A DNA stretch of 62,858 bases, filler included, from Rhabdomonas costata (taxonomy: Eukaryota): assembly GCA_019059605.1 (NCBI GenBank). It is 26 parts of 26 records of this genome, joined end to end, with 100 filler letters (N's around TTAATTAATTAA, not from the genome) between each part and the next. Parts side by side here need not be neighbours in the genome. Positions count along the whole stretch, not along the records: positions 12,097 to 14,420 come from JAHMHO010004050.1; positions 14,521 to 16,841 come from JAHMHO010004051.1; positions 16,942 to 19,271 come from JAHMHO010004052.1; positions 19,372 to 21,692 come from JAHMHO010004053.1; positions 21,793 to 24,116 come from JAHMHO010004054.1; 21 more parts are not named here. One strand, 5' to 3'. The translations under genes were made by a program, and so were the position numbers. Positions 12,163 to 24,216 of this stretch are shown here, piece after piece (positions within the stretch are counted from its first letter, which is position 1; every line of letters starts with the position of its first letter). Below the pieces are notes generated by a model. The model saw nothing but the letters and a program-made list of their open reading frames with translations, made no database searches and had not been told where the DNA came from.

Positions 12163-14260
12163 CAACTATGTGCTCCCTTCGCTGGAGGCTGTGCAAGCCG
12201 CTGCACTGACTGCCTCTTTTGATGTCAACTTCCAGAGTGGTGGCTGTGTAGCTTCTCCTCTTTCCCTCGACTTTTCCTCCTACCTTTTTTCATTCATTGT
12301 CATTGCAATCCTCTTCATTGCAAATATATGGCCAGTGCCACGTCAATAGCTGAAATGCACAAAACCAAACCTATGGGAACCCGCACACCTGGAAACATCG
12401 AAATAGCGCACAAAAGGTGAGCTGAATTCAGTAAGGTTTACGGGACCTATAAGTCCAAATGGTCGCCTTTTGGTAGCACTTTTCCAACTCTCTTTTAGGA
12501 TGGCACGGACCACATCTATGTGGTCTTGCCTGTCATGATAGAATATTACAAATTCGGGGTTCATGCGTTTCGCACCTTGTCAGCTTCCGGATTTGAGTGA
12601 ATTATCTCTGATGCTTCCTAAGTAATCTCAGCCCTCCTCCCTCCATCATCTAACCACAGGCATCATCTAACCACATGCTCCAGGCCTTATGCCCCCACCT
12701 TCACCACTCGGAATGTATTGACGCTGCATCCAGGCTTGCAACTGTTCGGAGGCCGGACCCGGAAGTATTTTTTTTTGACAAGTTAGGAGTCAAGTTGGTG
12801 TTGGAAGGTTGGGGATCCTTCCACCTGATCCATCCCCGCCGGAGATAGCATCACCCCTCCCTCCCCAACCTACTAGTAGTGCATTGAGTCGGTGTGCGAT
12901 TCGAATGGTGCCTCTGGAAATCCTCAGACTTTTGCTGTGAGAGTGGTGGAAACTCTCAGATGTGCTGGACGCCGACGGGGACTCGGCGTACCCCATTGTG
13001 GGGTTCTCCAGCTTTGTGGTGCAGAGGGCGCCGCAGGTCACCGCGGTGGCAGGCTGTGAGGAGCTCAACGCCACCCTTAGTTTCGTCCGCTGGATCTCCG
13101 CGGACACCCACATCCAGGCCCTGGTGCGGCGCTCCTTCGGGGGATATCTCACTGAGTTTTTGCCTTGCACCTCGGAAACCTTCGTTGGCATTTTTTTCAT
13201 CCTTCTCTCTTCATTTCTCTTTCTTGTGTGCACTGCGCCTCTCTTTCATGTTGTCAATGCAGAAGTCTGCTGCCTTTCTTTTGCCGCTGTTTTGCTGTGT
13301 TTGTGCTCTTCGCTTTAAAGGTCAGCGCTTCGGCTTTTTTACATGGCCTGCGTCAATATCGCCCTCCTGTACACTTTAAAATAGATATAAACGAAGCAAC
13401 AGCAATAATATAGCCCTCTCCCCCGAACAAAAGGTGCAGGCCAGCAACTACATCCCTGCCCTCCCTTCGGGTGACCCCCGGGTTGTCGCCGCGCTGGCCC
13501 GAGTCTCCTGCAACGGGGTGGTACTGCAGCCCCTGCCCCGGGCTCCCGAGCCCGCGCCCTTCAACGTGATCCCCGTTGTGGTGCCTGTGGTGCTCTTTTT
13601 GATGATCACCGTGGCTGCGGCGGTGTTTATCTTCCGGTTTGTGCTTTTTGTGTTTTTGTGTAATGCCTTATGGGATTTTTGGTTTCCTTCATCTACAGTT
13701 TTTCAGCAGTGATGTGCGTATTAAGGTCTTTGTTGTTTCTAGTGTGGGGTCAACACGAATGTCAGCGTGATGCTGAGACTCCCAAAGCGGCCCACGGGCA
13801 GACATTGCCATTGCGAGCGTTCCACGCGGGTGCACGCTGTTGATCAGCTGCCGTCCTCGCTCCTTTAGCCGTTCGGTATCGCTGGCTTTGGGTCCGCAAG
13901 CGTGCGGTTGTCGCAGCTTGTTGATCCAATGTTTGTTCATGGCCGCAGCGTAGGATGTGGGTCACCTCGCGTCATCCCCCCAACTTTTCAGCATCGAAAG
14001 CTGATCCCTGGCGTAGACCAAACCCTCGTTCACGTGTCATCCACAACCCACCCCATGTTACCACTACCGAGGCGATCAAGCCAGGGCGCTGCTACTTTTG
14101 GTCCCTTGCCGGACTTGCGACGGGTGGGGGTCACAGGAAGATGCGCAACCGGCTGCGGGAGATGAACGCTAGGCTGAACGATGTGATGGTTGCCGCGGAG
14201 CTGTCGGAGTCCATCGCGACGTTCGACCTGCAGAAGATGGCCTTCCTGGAGACCCTTGAG
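12163..14260 (+). CDS. Single-pass receptor: PstS-like phosphate-binding-protein ectodomain, TM helix, cytosolic helical linker (partial, probably a receptor cyclase)
   Basis: Four phase-compatible GT-AG exons: 12163-12239, 12960-13123, 13434(or 13440)-13636, 14137-14260. PSLEAVQAAA...DVLDADGDSAYPIVGFSSFVV...LSFVRWI...NYIPALP matches the PstS C-terminal half. TM is VIPVVVPVVLFLMITVAAAVFIF. Confidence 0.75.
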
Positions 14261-14953
14261 GTGGCCACACAGATGCACACCCACACACAGTGCTTTTTCC
14301 AGGGGGGGAGGGGAGTGATCAAGTGATCAGGTATTGGATTCTTTGTCACTGGTAGTGTTTTTATCCCCAATTCTGATCTGCTTTTCCCAGCTTAGTATCG
14401 GTGTTGTCCAACCACCCACANNNNNNNNNNNNNNNNNNNNNNNNNNNNNNNNNNNNNNNNNNNNTTAATTAATTAANNNNNNNNNNNNNNNNNNNNNNNN
14501 NNNNNNNNNNNNNNNNNNNNGGTTGTTTGTTGCAAAATTAATGGCAGTGTGCGTGGTGCACTCAGCAAGTTGCAAATGAATGAAAAGGCCAGAGTGGTTT
14601 GGCATAATTGGATGGAAGGCAGGGAATGAAAATGAACGAGATCAGGAGAAGTTGGAAGGGAGAGGGTGGTCGTTACCGCCGTCGCTTCGGGGCTGTAATC
14701 TGGAAAGAGTATCTGCGTTGTCAAGGTCTTCCGTTCCTTATCATCCGAGATGACACGTCATTTTATGTGGACGGTGAACGGTTGTGCGAATTTGATTGTG
14801 TCTCTCTCGAAGCTATCGCTTTGACAGCCAGCAACGCCTGTGTTGGAGGAACCCGCCAGCTGTCCCCTGCATTTGGCCGTGCGTGCCATTTCAGTTTTGA
14901 AAGGTACCTCTTCTTTTTTCTTCTTTCCTTTCATCCAGTTTCTGCTCCCCACA

Positions 14954-16360
14954 ATGAGTGAGGCGCCCTCTGCAGCACTAATTGCTGTGGGTGGATTGGC
15001 CCTGGCTGTGGCGGCGTACTTTGCGTGCCGCCGGACACCCTCGCAAGGGGGCCCCCATGTATGTCTGAGCTTCCGTTAGCCGCATGAGCTGGGGTGTTCC
15101 GTGATTCCGCTTAAACGGCTGCAGAAAAGGCAACTGGTCAAGCATGTATCAAAGAGCCTACTGTCCATTTACTATAATACTGTCCATATTTTAACCCCGC
15201 TTCGCGTCTTGTAGTTGGCAAGGGCGCTTCACTGACTCAAAGGCGAGCTGCTACAGGTGAGTGCGGACATGTTCTTCGAGTTAAGAAGAAAAAAAACAGG
15301 GAAACCGACAATTTGGTATGGTTCCTTCTCGATCTGATGGGAAAGTCGGCGGTTCTGTTTTCCGCAGTGCTGAGCTGAGGTGACGTTTTTTGACTCGGCA
15401 GTTACGGAATTTCGTGATATGCGCTTCAGCACAGTAAACATGAGCTGCCCTTCTTGCTAGCCCGAATCTATGTTATGAGAAAGCAGCCGCTCCCACTTGT
15501 TCTAGCATCTCGTCGATTTGTGATAGTTTACACCGTCCACCGCGATTATTCTGATGTTAAATGCTTGATGGGGCGATAATCCATGGGTCGATAACACAAT
15601 CATGCGACCCAACATTGGTTGCGGGTACAGGCCTTTTGACAAAAGCAGAGTTGGCATCCCCTGCGTCGTGGGTGAGAGGGCGGGTCTCCTCTTAGGAGCC
15701 CAAAAAACATGTCCCGGTGTCGCTGCGTACCCCACCGGAGGAGGTGGCGCGCACCCTGAGGCTTGGAGTGGTGCGCACGGCGTGGAACGAGGAAATGGTG
15801 ACCAACATGTTGGAGGGCGTCCGTGGCGCCCTGCTCGCCGCCAAAGTACCTCCTGAGAACATCACCGTTGAGATTGTCCCTGGGTGTGTCTGGCACACGC
15901 CTGAACAAAATCGGCCGTTTTACATCACAAGAAAGTTGCGGATCTTGTTGACAATGCAATGTCATCCATAGCGGTTGGAAAACATCAGGGCGGCCGTACC
16001 CACAGGTTCACAATAGATGACGTTTCTAATCCTGGTGAGAGAGAGGCATGAGCTATTCTTTCCGCTTTATGGTGCCAACGATTGGTCGAATGCAATAAGG
16101 TCTGTGGGCTGTTAGAGAACTTGCCACGGCCCATAAAGGGCAGGACTGGAAACGGTGAGTGGTCTTCTCTGTGCGCCTGTCGAGATTCCATGGGTGTCCC
16201 CATTTTTCGATTTCATCTTTTTTTCTCAGCTCCTATGAGCTTCCCGTGGTGGCTTCTTACATGGCGAAAAGCGGAAATTACGATGCCGTGCTCTGCCTGG
16301 GGGTTCTTATCAAGGGCGAGACGGCTCACTTCGAGTACATCTCCTCTTCTGTGTCCCGTG
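14954..16360 (+). CDS. ribH: 6,7-dimethyl-8-ribityllumazine synthase with N-terminal hydrophobic extension (3' end missing)
   Basis: Exons 14954-15058, 15696-15883, 16230-16360, all GT-AG and in phase: LRLGVVRTAWNEEMV...VPG|SYELP...YDAVLCLGVLIKGETAHFEYIS. Confidence 0.93.
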
Positions 16361-16962
16361 GTATGTGATTCGCCTCCTTCCTCTGAAAATCCAATGGTTG
16401 CATTGCGTGCATCGATTTTCACCATCCGCCTTTATACCGATCTTTCACTATGTCTATAAGATGGATTTTTCGCAGTGGAGAGGTGTACACTTTGAGATGT
16501 GTCGGCACGTCTTCAGCTCCTTGGAATTGCGTTCTTTGATTGTGTTGTCTCCAAAACCAACAACAGTGCGCAACAGTGCGGCTTTGGCTTCAAGCAGGAG
16601 TTAGCTCCCGTTTGGCTGGAATAGCGAGCCCCGGGCCAAGGCCACTCCGGCAATCTGGGGCGAACCCACCACACCACCCACCACAAAAAGCTACTGTCTC
16701 AGAGCAAGACTAACACCCAGGTGCTTCAACTCGTTGGCAGGGAATGGTGTCAAGCATTCAACTGATTAGGCATGGGATCAGAGGGAGCTCCTGCCTAATC
16801 AGTTGAATGCTTGACACCACAACCCAAACTCTCCCAACACANNNNNNNNNNNNNNNNNNNNNNNNNNNNNNNNNNNNNNNNNNNNTTAATTAATTAANNN
16901 NNNNNNNNNNNNNNNNNNNNNNNNNNNNNNNNNNNNNNNNNGTTGTGTATTGTTCGACACAG

Positions 16963-18676
16963 GCTCTTTGACGTGAAGTCCAAGACAATGCCCGTTTCCA
17001 CGGCGGCAGAGCTGGCTAAACACATGATTTGTGTTGACTTGGCATGCCACCTCCTCAGCGTGCCCAACGACCGCGCAATGTTGATCAAGCTCAGCGGTAC
17101 CACGGAAAAGGTCTCCTTGCTTTGGTGGGTTGCTGTGAAGATAAGGGTCACCTCTCACTTTCCTTGCAGCATTTTATGTCTGGTAGAAATTCTTTGGTGC
17201 CCGTGTGTTGTCTTGCCACTCAGTAAGACCTGATTAAAATGAACTCGAAGAGAGAACATGCGAAGGTTAAGCGTGTTTTTGTCTCGGAAACCCAGGAGTA
17301 CACCCCTGCCTTCACAACGGTGCAGAGCGTGCTGCAGATCAAGCTTCCTGTTTCCATTCGCCAATTGGCCATCACGTTCGGCTGTGCTCGCGTGCAGGAA
17401 ACCGCCCAGAAGGTCCTCTTTGAGGTGTGGTCACGTCCTACCACAGTTATTCCTCACCCCACCCCACACGACACGAAATTCCGCGCGGTGCATCCCTCAC
17501 CGTGTTATAAGAGAGTCTTGAAAATAGGTTGTTGTCCACCTCTGCGTAAATACAAAACACAAAGGATCCCTTCCTTATCTTTTATACCTCGCCGCGTCCG
17601 AGACCGTCAGTCCTCGGTAGTCCTCGGGGTTCTGGGAAGAGGGTGCTGGGTCACTGCTGTGTGAGAGCGGAGTTATTGATGTATGCGCTACCTTTTTTCT
17701 GTATCTTTACGCTCAGTTTCAGAAAAAATTTCGCGACCAGCTCAGTGAGGCCCAGCAGGAGCACCTGAACTTTCAGCAAAACCCTGCCTATACTGCGGTG
17801 GCGCTGTATCTTGCAGCTCTTAAGCAGAAGCTCCAGGTATCCCCAAAGAGCACCACTCTTCTTTCTTTGTGGTTAAAATCTGTTCGTTCTTACACAAGTC
17901 GATAGTGCTTTTTCTGGCATCCTTAGAAGAAATACTATTTCGCACACTGCGACTCCCAACAAGTACGGGAGGTTCCCAGAGGGGCCTCGGTCGGAGTGTC
18001 GGACCTCGGTCGGACTCCTTTGTAGTTGCTGCTGTTGTCTTGTTTCACCAGTGTCTTCCTTCATTGACTGCTTGAAAGCTTTTGTTATTGTTCCTCCCTT
18101 CAAACTGTACTGTTTTCCCGCACTCCCGTTCTCCTCTTCTCTCTCTTTGCATCTGTGCGGCTGTTGTGTGCGCCGGACTTTGAACACTGGACTTGTGGCT
18201 GAGAATGACTATCTATTAAGCTCATGGACCCTGGCCGTGCAGTAAAAGCTTTCCTGGGGTGGAATAGGTCTAAGGGCACCATTCACGAATAGCAGAGCCA
18301 GAACCTGCCAAACGAAAATGAATATGCTCGAATACGTCCAGGTGTCCTCCTCCTCAACAATCACTGATGTCCTGGTCTTCTTCCTGTGTGACATCCTGTG
18401 AGCTGTGGAGGAAGGGTGGGTCATTCCCCCCAAAGCTGCGGCCGCAGACTGGAGGTTAGATTGGAAGCCCGCCTGGAGAAGAACTCCAAACCAGCCTGTG
18501 CCTTATGCAGCAGCTCGTGTGTGTGTGTGTGTGTGTGTGTGTGATCGTCTACTTCCGCGTTCTGAAGTTGCCGGTCCGGTCCGGTCCGGTCCGGTCAGCC
18601 CACTTTCGTTTGGATTCAGATCGACAAGGCCAAGCTAATTCAAATGGTCAACTGCACCCCGACCAGCTTCGATGCT
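16963..18676 (+). CDS. ORC6: Origin recognition complex subunit 6 (internal exons)
   Basis: Exons 16963-17110, 17296-17424, 17717-17836, 18620-18676: ELAKHMICVDLAC...DRAMLIKLSGTTEK|EYTPAF...SIRQLAITFGC...AYTAVALYLAALKQKLQ|IDKAKLI. This follows the plant/animal ORC6 pattern. Confidence 0.8.
18517..18595. repeat. (GT)n microsatellite and (CCGGT)n run in an ORC6 intron
   Basis: Seen directly. Confidence 0.9.
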
Positions 18677-19526
18677 GTGCTTGCCCAAGTGTGCCGATTA
18701 TCCCCCGTGCTCTCCCGCAGTGACACCTTGACATAGGAAACCGCTAAGATGAGATGCTGTGTTTGCTGCCTTACCCACGCGTTGGACGCGTCGTACTTTT
18801 ACTGTCCTCTTTTTGGGCCGTCGAATGGAGTCCTTGAATGGACATTGAATGTTGTCAGTCAGAAATATCCTGACCAGAAAACGCATGTATACCAGGCATG
18901 CTACCCTTTTCCTTGAGTCCCAGAGTTCCACACTTCTTTGGTATCCGCGTTTCAGCACCCGAGCACGCGTCCCCTTTCCATTATTGATCCAAACCATTAT
19001 TAATACCTTTACGGTCAAGACACCTTCACACACTGCAGATACAGATACACCAACACCAGACGTGCACACAAAGAAGCACCTAATACCACACCTGAGATCG
19101 AAGCAACGTGAGTCATGTGTCGTTAGTCAAAGGTCAAACCACTCTAAGCATTCAGCTGAAACGATTGTGGTGACAGCTGCCAGATTATGATGCTGTCTGC
19201 ACCTTCAGGCAGCTTATGCCCCTCCTGGCATGTGCACAGATTCACTTGCTTTGCTCAGAAACACCAACACCNNNNNNNNNNNNNNNNNNNNNNNNNNNNN
19301 NNNNNNNNNNNNNNNTTAATTAATTAANNNNNNNNNNNNNNNNNNNNNNNNNNNNNNNNNNNNNNNNNNNNTGTGGTGGGTGTGGTTGGAGTGTGGGGGG
19401 GGGCGCTTATGACAAAGACAGTGCGATCGTTGGTCGCTCATAAGTGCTTCGAAAGGCTTTATATCAGACGCCGTAGGAAGAAAAAAACGGGGCACATTCT
19501 GAAGACTGTATGTACCAAAGAGAGTA

Positions 19527-21144
19527 TTACGCCCCAAGCGGAAAGGTGGGGCGTGAAGGAAGGACAGGTGGTTCCTGGAGGGTTGAGGCCGGAGAGGTCG
19601 GCGCTTCTGGTGGGGCGGACATCACTGCGTGCTCCAGAGCCACATCTGCGGCGAGGGGAAGGATACCCAGCCGATCCGCAGGAATCGTCATCGGGGCTCT
19701 CACCGTTTCGGCAGGAACCGTATCCTCGGAAGGAACGAAGCCCCGCGGCACACGAACAATCTGAGCAATCCAATGACAAGCAAAAACGAAACCTCTAACC
19801 ATTAAAAAAGTTTTGCTTAAGAAAAAAGTGTGCACAGAAATGCGAATATCAGGCGAGCACGCCTTCTCAATGACCCGCTCCACGGGAACTTCACTGAATT
19901 GCTCCACGAAGCGCTCCACGGAGCACTCGATGTCTCTCCTGTATTGCAGCACAAATAAAAGAGCGCCAGCCTTTTAAACTCTCCCTCGTCTGAATGAAGG
20001 AAGTCCAGCAATTGGTTCCTTAATGAGCACATTTATGTTCACGCAGCTGGGAACTATCACAGCACAAAACAGCTTGACTTCGGACGGGAGATTCCCTATG
20101 CAGCGTGTGAGCATGTGAAAGCATTCGCACTACCGAATAAGGTTCTCCACCGCGACGGAAACAGTCTTCTCCACCAGCCGCTCAACAGAAACCTCCTCCG
20201 TTTTCTCCACAACCTTCTCAACAACCACCGGCACGAGCCGCTCAACTGGAAGAGAGACAGGGACGCAAAAAAATGCCCCCCGTGAAGAAGCATAAAAAAC
20301 AGTAAATGGCAGGAAACAAGCGGTGAACCAGGGATGTCAATAAACTTCTCCACGACAACTTCCCGAGGAATCTTCACAGTCTTGACCACGGTGCGATCAA
20401 CAGGGACTTGAATAATTCGCTCGACTTTGACCTGAGAAACAGCGTCGAACCCGCAAATGCTGTCAAGAGCCTCCTGAGCCTGGGCCTCTTGTTCGCAGCA
20501 CCGAAAAAGAGCGTTGCGGAGTTTCCCAAAATTTTCCCATCGAAACAAGCAGTTTAACTCCAACTGGCAGACCTCAACGATCCTCTCCACCGGCCGTTCC
20601 ACAACCCGCTCTACTGGGATCTCCACCACTTTGGTGATGGGCCTGACCACCACCTTTTCCACCACTCGCTCTACAGGAACTTCTATGATGCGGGTGACCG
20701 GCTTTTTCACTAGCCTGGTCACAGGGACTTGAATTTTCGTAAGCCTTCTCACAGGGACAGGGACGCGCTCGGAGGTGTGTAGTACCAGGTCCACTGGAAA
20801 CTCAAGAGGAAAAAGGATCGGCACCTGAAAAATCATTAGTGGACAACACAGACAGCCGTAAAGACAGGAAAAAGTAATCAACAAGTCATGAGCAACTTGA
20901 GCACCTTAGATGGGATTTCGCGGCTGATGACAGTTCCTGGATGGGCTGAACTACAGGCAGAGATCGGGGCAGAAGATGGAGCAAAAGGCTTGAGCTCTGG
21001 CCGCAGGGAGGAGTTGGGATGGAGACCCGAGGTTGTGAAAGACACCGAAGCGGAGACTTCTGCGAGCTCGGTGATCGCATGACCACTCCCAGCTTCGCTG
21101 GCATTGGTATCCTGAGCATCGCTGAATGCCCCGTAGAACCTCGC
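19527..21144 (-). CDS. Articulin/epiplasmin-type VPV-repeat membrane-skeleton protein (5' end unresolved)
   Basis: Exons 21144-20905, 20824-20573, 20431-20329, 20245-20134, 19938-19863, 19760-19527 join in frame. Repeats such as EVPVERVVEK and EIPVERVVERPVERIVE. The last intron is GC-AG. Confidence 0.85.
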
Positions 21145-22989
21145 CTGGGGTGCAGCCAGCAAAAAAAAAAATACTAGACAAGAACCAAGACCAACATGAA
21201 GAGGGCAAAGCCAAAGCAGGCCTGGGATCTCCTGTACAAACAACAGGCCTCCCGAAACGCTGCGCGAGGGGTCCTTGGGGCCACAATGTTCTGACCTTTC
21301 ACCCTAGACCGGTGGTGGTGCCCTCTGGCATCCCTTTGTGGCGCTTCTTGCCCCATCAGGCAGGAACTTTCGCGTGAACAGAAGCCAAATAAGGGTGCTC
21401 GAAGTAAGAAAAGCCCATCCAAACTGGTGCCAGAACCCAACGCATGACTGAAATGCACTTTGACACCATCCACTTCGAATTCCTTATTGATTTTCAGATG
21501 CAGATGTACTCCTGACTTTATTCAATCCTCCACCTTGCAATGTTGTAGCTGTATTCAGCAACGTTTTACTGGTGCTCCATGTTTTTTAGATGCTCTATGT
21601 TTTTTCACCTTGACACTAGAACCATGGTGGTTGAGTCTCGGAAAGCAGTGTGAACTCACACAGCACAGAAACCCACACGGTACACACCAACCNNNNNNNN
21701 NNNNNNNNNNNNNNNNNNNNNNNNNNNNNNNNNNNNTTAATTAATTAANNNNNNNNNNNNNNNNNNNNNNNNNNNNNNNNNNNNNNNNNNNNGTTGTGGG
21801 GGGGTGCTTGGCCAGAAATGCTACAAAGGCCGGGTACCGGGGGACGTCCCCCATTGTTACGGGGCTGCCGTCGTTATGCTAGTGGTGGTCACTTTGAATT
21901 AAAGGGATTTCTGGTCAAGGCATTTACCAACCAGGATATGCACGGGGGCTTTGGCATTGCGTCGTAAGCCCGTTTCCGTAAGGCAAAATACATAAGAATA
22001 TTTTTCCCTTCCGGCGTTGTGCCGTACCAAAAGTTTCGCGGGGATTTGACAAAGCCTTGGTGGCAGAGCATGGGGATGGTGAAAAAGAATCGCTGACTTG
22101 AGGGATTCGCTACCAGGATCGATTGCGTTATTTCTCAAATCGGCATGACGCTGGTGATGGGCGTTTCCGCGAAAAAATCACACTACAAACGCACCTTTTG
22201 GATAAAGCCAAAATAGTTGTAATGAAAGCCAAAAATACTTAAATCAACCGATACACAAGATTACAGGCCTGAGCGGCATGCTGTGTGATCAAAGGCGACA
22301 AAACCTCACCATCATCTTTCTTGTTCTAGCCCCTTTTCCTGCCTGCATTATGCTCCTCTGCCTCCGGGGTTGTGAACGGCGTCACTCCATCGGCAACGCT
22401 TTGGGGATTTTATCCCAATTCCCGGCTGATGATGAGACCGATCGGCGGTCCAAATTTCTCTGTCTTGGTTTTCGGGAGAGGAAGTCTTTCATATATGCGG
22501 TTACCAAGCCTCTTCGTGACACCACCCACCCGCACGAGAAAAGTGTAGCCCATAAGTTCAAACTGCTTCAGGTTGGTGTCGAAGATTTCCATTCTGAACT
22601 TCATGTAGAAGTGCCCATTCCGCCCTCACTTCACGCCCCAGGAGTTCCGCACAATTCAGAAGGTGGGTACAGCACCGCTGGGCGAAGTATGGGCGGGATG
22701 GGTTCGATCCGTAGTTTCATGTGTTTGGTAAGGCAACCAAGGAGTGCGGGGCTCACTCGGCAATTCCCCCTTCTCCACTCAAGAGCGTCTCAGCCTCTAA
22801 GCATCAGAAAATTTAGGAGGCATGGCCGTAGTAGAAGGCACCTGCAGTAGGTACGTCCCTAGCATGCATCACGTGGAGTGAGGGACCATCACCTCACCCT
22901 ACATGGCCATCATGGTGTGGGTCGGTCGCTGGGGTGCATAGGGGTAGGTAACGGTGTCACCATTGGCCCCTCCCTCACCACGACATCTC

Positions 22990-24116
22990 ATCTTTACATC
23001 CTGGGTTGAGATTTACGCGTGGGTTTATGCGTTGGGTTTTGGAATTCGCGGTTCAATGTTACATGCGTGGGTTTGGAGTCAAGGGGTCAGGTATTCGATG
23101 CGAGTATGTCACTATGCTGGTTCTGTGTCAGGGGTTAGACATTCGTCATCGGCCTTCATTTTTGCGTTGGGTTCCTTCTGTAGTATGGGTCTAGGAGTCA
23201 ATGTTGGGCGTAGGATTTACACTGACTTGGTTCTGTTTGCGTTTGGCCTTCGTCTTCGCGTCTTCGGGTTGGCATTCGGTGTTCTGTATTGGACTTCAGA
23301 AGTCGTCATAGTGGGTGGTTTCTGGCCTTCTGGTGTCGTGGTTACGTTTCGGGTTCGCTTCTCTGGATATGGCGTTGGCCTTCTAGTCACATGCGTGGTT
23401 CTGGAGTGGTGTTGGTGAGTGTGATTCTAGAGGCGTGTTTCCTTCCTACAAATGTGCGCATATTCTGGCAGCACGTATTCTAGGGTATCGTGGTCAGTGG
23501 GTGGGGGTTTTGGTCAGCTACCGTGATATCACCTGTCTTCCGTTGTCGTATGGTGGGTTCATGGGGTTACAGTGCTTTGCTTGTTTTGTGGCGCTTTCGT
23601 GGTGCATGGTGTGTGAGAAAGTGAGGTGTCGTAGGCGTCGTGGATGCGTAGTGGTGGTGCGTTGTGTGGGTGTCGGCATTCGTGGTAGGGGTTCTTTCGG
23701 TGGTGTTCGTGTGTGCATGGTCAAGGTTTCGTGAAGTGTTGGGTTGTATGCATGTCTTCCTCTTACCCATAGGTTTCGGTGTCGGTTTCGTGGTTCGGGT
23801 TCATGGTTCCGTTGTTTGCTGGGTTTCTACGCTATGGTTGGTGCTGCAAATCGTGTTGGATGTGCTTTTGTGGTGCATGCGTGGGCCTGTGACGTGTCTT
23901 TTGGGCTTTGGTTCACGTTTCATGGTTCGTCCTTCGGTTAATCTGAAGGTACGATGGGTGGTGAGTGTGCTTGGTGTGCTTTGGATGCTTGTGTTTCTTC
24001 TATGTGTATAGGTGCGTAGGTGTTGGGTAGAATAGGATAGATCAGAATGCAGTAATCCAGAACACGAACTCAGAAACACGGAACCCAAAAACCAAACCCC
24101 AGAATTCGAAACCCGA
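22990..24116. repeat. Strand-asymmetric G/T-rich, A-poor cryptic simple-sequence tract; switches to the complementary bias at ~24045
   Basis: About 1 kb of GGTT/GGTTC/CGTT/GTGTT-like words with no fixed period and no credible ORF. Confidence 0.6.
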
Positions 24117-24216
24117 NNNNNNNNNNNNNNNNNNNNNNNNNNNNNNNNNNNNNNNNNNNNTTAATTAATTAANNNNNNNNNNNNNNNNNNNNNNNNNNNN
24201 NNNNNNNNNNNNNNNN

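Noticed and set aside
16745-16819. Perfect 28-bp hairpin
   Set aside because: No mismatches and abuts the contig-end tail; most likely an amplification fold-back.
18698-19069. Minus-strand ORF as a DIRS-like reverse transcriptase start
   Set aside because: The resemblance is too faint and there are no catalytic motifs.
22240-22660. ORF with in-frame stops as a sign of stop-codon reassignment
   Set aside because: Recognisable genes elsewhere end at ordinary stops and have no internal ones; more likely decayed sequence.
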